A DNA stretch of 64,000 bases from Callorhinchus milii. Its lineage: Eukaryota. The notes beneath the pieces were generated by a model. The model was not told the DNA's origin. It made no database searches and saw nothing but the letters and a program-made list of their open reading frames with translations. The DNA lies in assembly GCF_018977255.1 (NCBI RefSeq), contig NW_024704757.1:7006001-7070000 (forward strand), given 5' to 3'. Shown one piece after another: positions 1 to 11,000 of this stretch. The translations under genes were made by a program, and so were the position numbers. How positions within the stretch are numbered: position 1 is the stretch's first letter; each line of letters opens with the position of its first letter.

Positions 1-84
1 TCTGTGTTGCGCCTGGGGTCACACCTGGGTTGTACACAAATGAATGGCATGGCCGAGCACTGAGTCTCTCCTCTTTCCTTACAG

Positions 85-683
85 CCTAGTCCGGGGCCAA
101 CAACACAGCACTGTCAGCACTCAGGAGCTGGGCTGTGAGCTGAGGGGGTTACACACACAGGTCAAAGACACCAAGTACAGCGTCATGATGACACTCCTCC
201 GCCTGGCGCTGAGCGGCCAGCAGGTAACAGGTCTCCTGAGCCTCGGGTGGAGGGGGAGGAGCAGAGACTTCTCGTTTGTGCTGTTGCTTTGTTTTTTGCC
301 TTCAGCCTCTCTGCCCCCACCCTTTGGAACTCCATCCCACAATCCTTTCACCTCGCTCCCTCCCTTGCCTCCTTCAAGGCATATCTCAAAACCCTCCTCT
401 TCGACTGCACCTTCAGCCACCCTTCTACCTCTACCCTCCCTGCCCTCCACCTCTCCTGATGCCAACACCAGCTCGGGTCCAAATCCTGATTGTCCAGCGC
501 CTTGGGACGTCCTCCCGACATGAATGGTGCTGTGTAAATGTCAATTGTTATTGTTGATGAGGGTCCTCTCTGATTGATCTGTCTGTTCCCTCCTGACAGC
601 AAGGCCCCAGCGTGGCTGAGATGATAATGTCGTTGGGATTTGAGGAGGTGTGTGAGCGGTTGGAGCGAGCTGTGGCCCACTGA
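85..683 (+). CDS. EARS2: Mitochondrial glutamyl-tRNA synthetase, last two coding exons (gene begins upstream of the window)
   Basis: Exons 85-223 (AG/GT) and 600-683 (AG...TGA) translate to ...[56 protein letters not shown]. This matches the recalled EARS2 C-terminus ([27 protein letters not shown]). Its position next to GGA2 and COG7 fits known synteny. Confidence 0.93.
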
Positions 684-977
684 CCACAGAGGGGGGTTCT
701 ATATGGGACCTGTGGTCAATGAAAGAGAACCACCCCCTCCGTATCTGTGCTCCGCTGTGACAGTGGTGGAGGTCTCAGCCCCATCTCGAGGAAGAAGGGG
801 AAAAAATCAGCTTCATTAGGACGCAGTTGGAAAGTGCACACTGCAGATGTCGGGTATAAACAGGTTGGATTTGATACAACCTCCCTGAAACACACACTCA
901 CTCGTATTCACACGCTCACTCTCTCTCACAGGCACACGCACACGTACACGCACATGCTGCTTTCACAAGTATACTAC

Positions 978-1147
978 TTGGGTTGCCAGAAATTCAAATA
1001 CTTTTGTAGTCCCAAAGTCAACTCAATACTAGCCCAAAAGTAGCCCAATATCATGCACTGTTTAAGAAAAGGTCTTCAAAGGAAAAACTTTTGCAGGTTT
1101 CAATTAAAAATCTTAAAAATGTGAATCTGCCCAATCTGGCAATATCG
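978..1147. mobile_element. Small degenerate DNA-transposon MITE (hAT-like TIRs) in the EARS2 3' UTR
   Basis: Ends GGGTTGCCAGA ... TCTGGCAATAT are inverted. Flanks tactactt (972-979) and tactacct (1148-1155) resemble an 8-bp TSD, offset by about 2 nt on the left. Interior is AT-rich. Confidence 0.4.
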
Positions 1148-1257
1148 TACTACCTCATTTTCTCTTCCCCCCACTCCACACACACACACACTCACACGCA
1201 TCACACGCTCACACCGTGCTGGCAGGGTGAGGTGCCAGAGGATCAAGCCTGATTCGA

Positions 1258-1263
1258 AATAAA
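1258..1263 (+). terminator. Probable EARS2 polyadenylation signal (AATAAA)
   Basis: First AATAAA seen downstream of the EARS2 stop, followed by GT-rich sequence. Confidence 0.55.
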
Positions 1264-1324
1264 GTTTGGAAAATCAACTCAGCATCTGGTTTCTGTAGTG
1301 ATTTGGGACTTGAGGATATTTGAA

Positions 1325-1990
1325 AAGCTGGGCTGAAATGTGCTGAGCTGTTGATGGGCTTGGCTGGTGTGAGCTGTGCTGTGTTGGGCTGAGGCGATTG
1401 GAGCTGCGTTGGGATCTGAGCTGTGCTGTGTTGGGCGATGTGTTGGGTTCTGTAATGGGGTGAACTGGGCGCTGTGTTGAACTGGGCTGTGTGATGAGCT
1501 GTGCTGTGTTGGGCGATGTGTTGGGTTGTATAATGGGGTGAGCTGGGCGCTGTGTTGAACTGGGCTGTGTGATTAGCTGTGCTGTGCTGTGTTGGGCGAT
1601 GTGTCGGGTTGTGTAATGGGGTGAGCTGGGCTGTGTGATGAGCTGTGCTGTGTTGGGTTGTGTAATGGGGTGAGCTGGGCTGTGTGATGGGGTGAGATGG
1701 GGTGAGCTGTGCTGTGTGCTGGGTTGTGTAATGGGGTGAGCTGGGCTGTGTGATGAGCTGTGCTGTGTTGGGGGTTGTGTGATGGGGTGAGCTGGGCTGT
1801 GTGATGGGTTGTGTGATGGGGTGAGCTGGGCTGTGTGATGGGTTGTGTGATGGGGTGAGCTGGGCTGTGTGCTTGGCTGTGTGCTGGGCTGTGTGATGGG
1901 GTGAGCTGTGATGTGCTGTGTTGGGCGATGTGTTGGGCTATGTGCGGTGTCGGGCTACTTGTTGGGCTATTTGTTGTGTTGTGACGGGCT
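1325..1990 (+). repeat. G-rich degenerate tandem repeat (GGGGTGAGCTGGGCTGTGTGAT-type unit) between EARS2 and GGA2
   Basis: Directly visible repeats of gagctgggctgtgtgatggggt and gagctgtgctgtgttgggc. Confidence 0.85.
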
Positions 1991-2013
1991 GTGGGCGGGG
2001 CGGGAGCCCAGTG

Positions 2014-5000
2014 ATGGCGGCGGAGGAAGAGACGCTGGAATCGTGGCTCAGTGAGTGCCCCCCACACCCCCACCCACACACACACACACACAGGGACAGA
2101 CAGAGTGACACAGGCAGTGACACACAGAGCCCCGGGGAGGGGAGGGGAGGGGAGGGCAGCTCGCGGGGAGGGGCCGCGGCAGAGCAGCAGGTCCCGGGGT
2201 CAGAGCTGTAACACAGGCCGATGCCTGGGCCCGTGTGTCAGGGTGTGTGTCAGGGTGTGTGTCAGGGTGTGTGTGAGGGTGTGTGTGAGGGTGGGGATTG
2301 TGTGTCAGGGTGTGTGTGAGGGTGGGGACTGTGTGTCAGGGTGTGTGAGAGGGTGGGGACTGTGTGTCAGGGTGTGTGAGAGGGTGGGACTGTGTGTCAG
2401 GGTGTGTGAGAGGGTGGGGACTGTGTGTCGGTGTGCGAGAGGGTGGGAGTGTGTGTGAGGGTGGGGACTGTGTGTCAGGGTGTGTGAGAGGGTGGGGACT
2501 GTGTGTGAGGGTGGGGACTGTGTGTCAGGGTGTGTGAGAGGGTGGGGACTGTGTGTCAGGGTGGGGACTGTGTGTCAGGGTGTGTGAGAGGGTGGGGACT
2601 GTGTGTCGGTGTGTGAGAGGGTGGGACTGTGTGTCAGGGTGTGTGAGAGGGTGGGGATTGTGTGTGAGGGTGTGTGAGGGTGGGGACTGTGTGTCAGGGT
2701 GTGTGAGAGGGTGGGACTGTGTGTCAGGGTGTGTGAGAGGGTGGGGATGTGTGTCAGGGTGTGTGAGAGGGTGGGGACTGTGTGTCAGGGTGTGTGAGAG
2801 GGTGGGACTGTGTGTCAGGGTGTGTGAGAGGGTGGGGACTGTGTGTCAGGGTGTGTGAGAGGGTGGGGACTGTGTGTCAGGGTGTGTGAGAGGGTGGGGA
2901 CTGTGTGTCAGGGTGTGTGAGAGGGTGGGGACTGTGTGTCAGGGTGTGTGAGAGGGTGGGGATTGTGTGTCAGGGTGTGTGTGAGGGTGGGGACTGTGTG
3001 TCGGTGTGTGAGAGGGTGGGGACTGTGTGTCGGTGTGTGAGAGGGTGGGGATTGTGTGTCGGTGTGTGAGAGGGTGGGGATTGTGTGTCAGGGTGTGTGT
3101 GAGGGTGGGGATTGTGTGTGTCAGGTGTGTGAGGGTGGGGATTGTGTGTCAGGGTGTGTGTGAGGGTGGGGATTGTGTGTCAGGGTGTGTGAGAGGGTGG
3201 GGATTGTGTGTCAGGGTGTGTGTGAGGGTGGGGATTGTGTGTGTCAGGGTGTGTGTCAGGGTGGGGAGTGTGTAAGTGTGTGTGTGGGGGGGGAGTGTGT
3301 GTAAGTGTGGGGGTGGGGGAGTATGTGTAAGTGTGTGTAAGTGGGGTGGGGGGAGTGTGTGTAAGTTTGGGGGTGGGGGAGTGTGTGTAAGTGTGGGGGG
3401 GAATGTGTGTCAGGCCCCCCTTGTCCTTGACTCAGTTCGTCGCTCACTCGGTTGTGCTCTCGCCCATGTGTGGGCAGAGAGAAAATGATCGTAAGATTAA
3501 ATAACGATTAAACTTTAAACGCTCTGAGACGCTGCCCCCCTCCCCCCACCGTAACGGGCACTGCAAGTTGTATGGTTGCTGCTGTTGTAAAGTCACCCAA
3601 ATGAATAATAATCCTTGCATTTGACACAGCGCCGTTGAGACGTCTCAAAGCATTTCACAGGATACACTGTAAAGTTGAGTGACTGTATATTTTGTGGGCG
3701 AAACGCGGCAGCCAAATATATGCAGCAGCGTCCCTCAAACAGTCGTGGATTGAGTGACCAAATTTATTTGAATTTATGCACACTCTGAGGTCCCCAAGCT
3801 TTGGCTCTTGTGAACCTGCGCCTAATACTTTCCGAATTAGGTAAGCAGGATGCTTTGTTTGGATACTCTGGATAGTTATTTGGGGAGGACAGGTTTGCAG
3901 GGCTATTGGGGGAGTGGGGTTGATTTGGATAGCTCTTTTCAAAGAGTCAGCACAGACACTCTGGGCCGAATGGCCTCCTTGTGTGCTGTAAAATTCTATG
4001 ACTCTTAAGCATGGGTTTCCATATGTTTCCATATGTGTCAAGATACCCGGCTGGTAAAAAAAATAATTTAATTCAAAAAAAATATTTAATTTGGGGGTAA
4101 AACACGAGTGTTCATTCCCTTTGATATGGAGCCTTTCACATTATCGAAACATCTCAAAGCCCATCTCAGGACTCCCTCTAAGGAAAGTGACTACGTGTTT
4201 TGTGGGCAAATGCTGCAGTCCCCACAAACGGCTGTGAAGTGAATGACCGGGTGCACTGGGGCTGTGTGTGTGAGTGAGTACGTGGTGTGTGAGTGAATAT
4301 CTGGTTTAAATCGAGTCCATCAGGAAGTGAGCAGTCACAAGACTTGCAGCACAGATGGTATCAGATGACCTGAAAGTAGCGTATAAAAGACTGTCAAAAA
4401 GTGCTGTTATTCATTGGTTACAGAGGGGAGGGCAAGGCATGGGGACGCAATCAGAACTGGCTGAAGGGATGGGTGGTTAGGGGCACTGGGCCAGGATGGT
4501 ATCAGCATTGAGCTGGTACCTGAGGGGGTCTGTACTGTCTCTCTCTCCCTCTTCTATCTAACTCTCTCTATCTCCCGGTGGCTAATCCCTTGGGTGCTTT
4601 GATTCGAAGATAAAGCCACAGATCCCGTGAACGAGGAGGAGACATGGGAATTCATCGAGGGATTCTGTCAGCAGGTCAACAAGGAGCTGGAGGGGTAAGC
4701 AGAGAGCTCGGGGTGGGGGTGGGGAGGCTGTGTCGGGGGTGGTCTCCGTTGGGTGGGGTGGGAGCTGTGCCTGGGTGGGGGGGGGGAACTGTGCCAGAGA
4801 GCGGGGCTTGTGGGATGTTCCTCTCCAGGAACGCAACGTGGGAACAGCGAGGACATGAGGGGCTGGTGTGGGGGGGCGGGTTGCTGGGGGGGTCACGAGC
4901 TCAGAGATAATTCAACTCTTTATTCAGCCCACAGATCGCAACCCGGCTTCTGGGCCACAAAATCCAGTCACCGCAGGAGAGGGAGGCCATGCACGCCTTG

Positions 5001-8000
5001 ACCGTACGTGTGTGTCTGTATGTGTGTCTATACCTGTGTGTGTGTGTGTGTGGGGAGGGTGGTATTTTGTGTGTATATGTGTGTCTGTGTTGGGAGGAGT
5101 TATGGCTGGCTTAGTGCTGGGGTTCACTGTCTCCCCTTCACACCCCTCAGGTGCTGGAGATGTGCATGAACAACTGCGGCAGAAGGTTCCAGAACGAAGC
5201 TGGGAAGTTCCGATTCCTGAATGACTTGATTAAAGTTTTATCACCGAAGGTAACGGTGTAGCTGTGCCGTGTGACCGTGCTGGGGTAGTGTGCTGGTGGG
5301 TGGGAGCCTCGTTTACAAACCATGGGAGGATGGACGAGATAATAATAATCCTTGTATTTGATACAGCGCCTTATCACGTCGTTGAGATGTCTCAAAATGT
5401 TTCACAGAGTATACTGTAAAGTGAATTGACTGTATATGGCAGCTTAATGGTTAGAGTCACTGGTCTCACAAGCGAGAGGACCCGGGCTTTGATTCCCGGG
5501 CTGGGTGAAACCTTAGGCAAGTTTCCTTACTCCACACACCTCAGTTTATCCAGCAGTAAGTAGGAACCTGTTTGTTAGTCGATTGGCGGATCGCTTTTCC
5601 GGGGGGAGCAATCCCTCCAAAATAACAATTATAAATTGGTCACTCAATCCACAACTGTTTGTGGGACACTCACTGCTGTGTGCAATTGGCTGCTGCGTTT
5701 CGCCCTCAAAATATACAGTCAATTCACTTTACAGTATATTCTGTGAAATGCGTTGAGACGTCTCAAAGATGTGATAAGGCGCACTATCAAATGGACGGAT
5801 TATTATTATCACAGAATTTACTGTAAAGATCAGCAGTTGGGGGTGAGGGAGTGAATGGGACAGGGTTGGTGATTGCACTCTGGCACGCTGCCCGCATGAG
5901 AGGCATTATACCAATGCAAGTTGTTATTGCTGTTGCCTTTTCCTCTCAGTACCTGGGGACGTGGAGCTCTGAGAAAGTGAAGAGCAAAATAATTGAGGTG
6001 CTGTATAGCTGGACTGTGTGGCTGCCCGACGAGGTGAAGGTCAGAAATGCCTATCAGATGCTGAAGAAGCAAGGTTTGTGTCTGCCCAAACTCTCCCTGT
6101 TTGTCTCTCCCTCCATCCCTGCTCTCTCCCCATCGTGTCTGTGCTGGTGCTCACACCCCCACTGGAGCTCTCTACTCTAACCCCATTCCCTGCTCTCTCC
6201 CTTTTGTGTTTGTGCTGGTGTTCGCTCCCTCACTGGGTGGCTGTAGATTGTCATGTAAACCTGTGTCTTGTGGTTTCTCAGGGATCATTAAACAGGATCC
6301 GAAGTTACCAGATAATAAAACGCTGCCTCCACCTCCTCCCCGAGAGGAAAGCTCGCTCTTTGACGACGAGGAAAAATCGAAGGTGAGGAGACGTGTGTGT
6401 GTGTCTAACTGTCCAGTGCCTTGGGACGTCTTCCTGACATGAAAGGCGCTATACATATGTAATTTGTTGTGTGTGGCAACAGTGACGTGTTATTAACGTG
6501 TCATTGGTGTGTTAGCATTGAGCCTTTGGCATGTTGGCAGTGTGTGATTGGCATGTCAGTGGGGAGCCGGTGGCATGTTGTTGCCATGTCAGTGTACGTG
6601 TCCAGTGGCATGTTGTTGGCGTGTCAGTATGTGCGCCCGATGGCATGTTGTTGGCTTGTCAGTGTGTGTGGCCGATGGCGTGGGCATGAATGAGTGATGG
6701 AGGAGTCGTTCTCCACAGCTGCTGGCGAGGCTTCTGAAGAGCAGCCACCCCGAGGATCTGCAGGCAGCCAACCGGCTCATCAAGAACGTCATCAAAGAGG
6801 TGAGCAATCTCGCCAGGTGGGGGGTGTTTGGTGGTGTTGGGCAGGTGGGGTGAGGTAAGGGTTATGGTCTGGGGGTGATAGGGTTGGAGTGTGGGGGTGA
6901 CGAACCGGGGTTAGGGTGTAGGGGTGACGGGTTGGGATTGGGGTTAGGGTGTGGGGGTGACAGGGTTGGGGTGAGTGGATTACGCTGCTGTGATGAGGCT
7001 GGGGTTAGGGTGAGGGGGGGGTGACAGGGTTAGGGGTTTGGGGTACAGGAAGTGACTCTCTGGTGGATTTGCAGGAACAGGAAAAGACGGAGAAAGTTAC
7101 CAAGCGTGTTCATGCCATCGAGGAAGTGAACAACACCACTCGGCTGCTAAATGACATGCTGACACTGTACAGTGGCCACTCCCTGCCAGAGAGCGAGCAC
7201 GAGGTCATGACGGTGAGAACCCCCAACCCCCAGGGTTATACCCACGTACCCCAGGGTTATACCCCATATACCAACAACAACAACTGGGATTTATATAGCG
7301 TCCTCCACGCCGGATGGCGTCCAAGAGTGCTTTACAGTAACGGATCCCGGGACCGAGGGGGAGGTGGGCAGTGTGCGGTGGGCTGTGGGCTGTGTGTGTC
7401 ATTGCCTGACGTGCTGTGATTGACTGTAGGCTCTGTACCAGCGCTGTGAGAAGCTCAGGCCCACGCTATTCCGGTTTGCGAGCGACACGGGGGAGAACGA
7501 CGACGCTCTGGGTGAGTGACGCCCCCCCCCCCAAACAAGACAATGTGTCTCCAGTACTTTATTATTGTATGTAATGGCGTTATTGCTGTGCGCGGAGCTG
7601 CGTGTGTGCACGCGGAGCTGTGCGTGCGCGCACGCGAAGCTGGGTATGTGTGTGTGCTAACACCATCTCTCCCTCACTGGCCACAGTGGAGATCCTCCAG
7701 GCCAACGATGCCCTGACGCTGGCCATCAACTCCTACAAGAAACTGGTGGTCGCTCACGAGAGGAACGGGCACAGAGAGAGCACAGCCACCAAAGGTAACT
7801 ATCGTCCTTGCCCACTCTCACTTACTCAAAAACACTCCCTCGCTCACTTACCACACTCGTTCACTCATACACCCTTGCTCACTCATCCTCAGGCGCACGC
7901 TCACACTCGCTCTTCCACGCACATGTTCTAATGCTCTCTCTGTTTGGTGATGGTGTAGAGCAGTGGCTGAGTTGCCGGATGATGCGGAAGGAGTTGAATC

Positions 8001-11000
8001 TCTCTGTTTTCTTTCCCCGCATACAGAGCCCAGCTCGGGGCAGGCCGCCCTCTCCCAGCTCGAGGCCGAGTTTCTCACTGGGAAGTGGCCGTGTGGAGGG
8101 CCGGGGCCTGAGCGGGTGCCAGCGGGGGAGCTCCCCTCACTGCTGGACGAGGAACTCATGTTATTGGGTACGTCGCACTGCGGCCGGGGGGAGGACAACA
8201 ACAACAAATTACATTTATACAGCACCTTTCACGTCGGAAGGACATCCCAGGGCGCTGGATGGGATCAAGAGAGGTGGTTGGGGGTGGGAGTGGCTGAAGG
8301 TGTGGTCAAAGAGGAAGTTCCTAATAAGATGCCAGGAGACAATAGTTTCTCTTGTGTTACAGGGCTGAACGAGCCGCCCCTGCCCATCCCAAGGCAGGCT
8401 CTGGGGGCTCCAGGCACTGAGAGGGACAGCGTTCAGGTGAGGAGCAGCGCTCTGTGTGTGTGCGCGTGTGTGCGCGCGTGTCTGTCTGCGTGCTTGGGTG
8501 TGTGCATGTGTTTATCTGTGTGTGTGGTCATTTTCAATCTACGACTGTTTGTGGGACATTGCTGTGTGCAATTGGCTGCCGCATTCGCCCACAAATATGC
8601 AGTCAATTCACTTTACAGTGTGTTCTGTGAAGCGCTTTGGGACGTCCTCCCGACATGAAAAGCACTATATCAAATGCAAGGATTATTATTATTATTGTGT
8701 GTGTGTGTGTGTGCGTGTATCTGTCTGTATGTGTGCGAGTGTCTGTGTGAGAGTGTGTGCGCGCATCGGGAGCATCTCTGTCCCCTGGCTGAGGAACGAG
8801 GAGGCTGCGGGCAGTGTGTATCCACCATGCTGATTGCTTTGTGTGTTACAGGACACACCACATGTGGCAGCCGTGCCCGCCTCCATGCCCGCGAGTTGCA
8901 GTCGGGGGCTGAACGCATTGGACGCTCTGGGACAGTCGCTGATGCAGGAATCCCTCGGCCCCCGAGCTCAACCTGTCCGGTGGTGAGAAACAGCAACAAT
9001 CCTCGTGTGTCTGTGTGTGTCTCTCTTTCTCGCTCTCTCTCTCTGTCAATCTGTGTGTGTGTGTGTCTCTCTCACTGTCAGTCTGTGTGTGAATGTCTCT
9101 CTCTCTGTCAATCTGTGTGTGTGTCTCTCTCTCTCAGTCTGTGTGTGTGTCTCTCTGTCAGTCTGTGTGTGTGTGTCTCTCTGTCAGTCTGTGTGTCTCT
9201 CTCTGTCAGTCTGTGTGTGTGTGTGTCTCTCTGTCAGTTTGTGTGTCTGTATATTCTCTGTCAGTCTGTGTGTGTGTCTCTCTCTCTCTCTGTCAGTCTG
9301 TGTGCGTGTGAATGTCTCTCTCTGTCACTGTGTGTGTGTCTCTCTCTCTCAGTCTGTGTGTGTGTCTCTCTGTCAGTGTGTGTGTCTCTGTCAGTGTGTG
9401 TGTCTCTCTCTGTCAGTCTGTGTGTGTGTGTGTCTCTCTGTCAGTGTGTGTGTCTCTCTGTCAGTTTGTGTGTCTNNNNNNNNNNNNNNNNNNNNNNNNN
9501 NNNNNNNNNNNNNNNNNNNNNNNNNNNNNNNNNNNNNNNNNNNNNNNNNNNNNNNNNNNNNNNNNNNNNNNNNNNNNNNNNNNNNNNNNNNNNNNNNNNN
9601 NNNNNNNNNNNNNNNNNNNNNNNNNNNNNNNNNNNNNNNNNNNNNNNNNNNNNNNNNNNNNNNNNNNNNNNNNNNNNNNNNNNNNNNNNNNNNNNNNNNN
9701 NNNNNNNNNNNNNNNNNNTTAAAGCTGATTTTCTCTCTCTCTCAGGGAGGTCTCACAGCCGAAGCTGTCGCTACGAGTGCTGCAGTCTTTGGCTCAGGGG
9801 GCTGGAGCTGGGGTGGGGGTGGACAGTGTGCCTGGGGCAGGGCCCCCTCCCCCCATAGCGCTGACCCAAGGGTTTGGCTTCTCACCCACACACTCCCCGG
9901 GGAGCCCACCCCGGCCCGGCCCCACAGACACCTCCTTCCACAACCTGTTTGTGTCTTTGGAAACCATCAAACCCAGTGAGTCCTCAGTGTGAGTGTGCTC
10001 TGGGGTGTGAGTGTGCTCTCGGGTGTGAGTGTGTGTATGACACCCAATGTGCGAGTATGACACCCAGTGGGTGCTGTGTGGTGAGCCTGGCTGGCGAGGG
10101 CTGTGTGGTCAGCCTGGCTGGCTGGCGGATGCTGTGTGGTCAGCCTGGCTGGCAGGGGCTGTGTATAACGCTGTCTCTTTGGCAGGCAGTGTTGTGCCTG
10201 TCACCGTCTTTGACCAGCATGGTTTCCGGGTTCTGTTCCACTTTGCCGGCTCGGGTCCCCTCGGCCGTCCTGATGTCCTGGTGATCGTCATCTCGATGCT
10301 CAGCACCTCCCCCTTGCCCATCAGCAACATCCACTTCCAGGCCGCCGTACCCAAGGTGAGCTCCGAGCCCTCTCCCCCCCGCGCAGTGCTGCCTGGCTCG
10401 TATGGACCTCAGCGCCGGCCTCTGTGAGGGCACAGCCCCCAACCCATGGCCCCGGGAACACTCGCCCCCACACTCAGAAGCACCTTCACTCGGTTCAGTG
10501 CACATGGAGTCCTGTAGCTCAGTGGTTAGAGCGCTCGCCTCGCAAGCGAGTGGACCTGGGTTCGATTCCCGGGCAGGGCCAAACCTTAGGCAAGTTTCCT
10601 TATTTCACGCACATGTCTGTTTACCCAGCAGTAAATAGGAACCAGCTGTTAATTGGTCGATGCTGGATCGCTTTCCGTGGGTAATAATCCCTTCAAATTT
10701 TTTTTTTAATTTAGTCATTCGATCCACGACTATTTGAGGGACGCTGCTGTGCACAATTGGCCTCCGCGTTTCACCCACAAAATACACAGTCACTATACTT
10801 TACGATACATTCTGTGAAAAGACGTCTCGATGTGATAAGGCGCTATATTAAATGCAAGGATAATAGCAATTATTAATAATAATAAACGATCCAGGACCTA
10901 CCCTGCGTGAGGGACGCTATATAAATGCATGTTGTTCGTGGTGGTATTGTTATTATTAGCACCCCCATCCTCACCCGGCTCCACTGGCTCCCCACACAGA

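Noticed and set aside
6850-7040. TTAGGG telomere-like units
   Set aside because: Only a few isolated units inside a G-rich low-complexity intron; not an array.
9476-9718. Missing GGA2 exon hidden in the gap
   Set aside because: Flanking exons splice in frame and give a continuous GGA1-like motif (VRW|[13 protein letters not shown]).
10506-10580. Near-complete tRNA cloverleaf (Ala-like, anticodon CGC) with good A/B boxes
   Set aside because: It is the head of a multi-copy SINE and continues into the SINE body; other copies are degenerate and no Pol III terminator follows directly.
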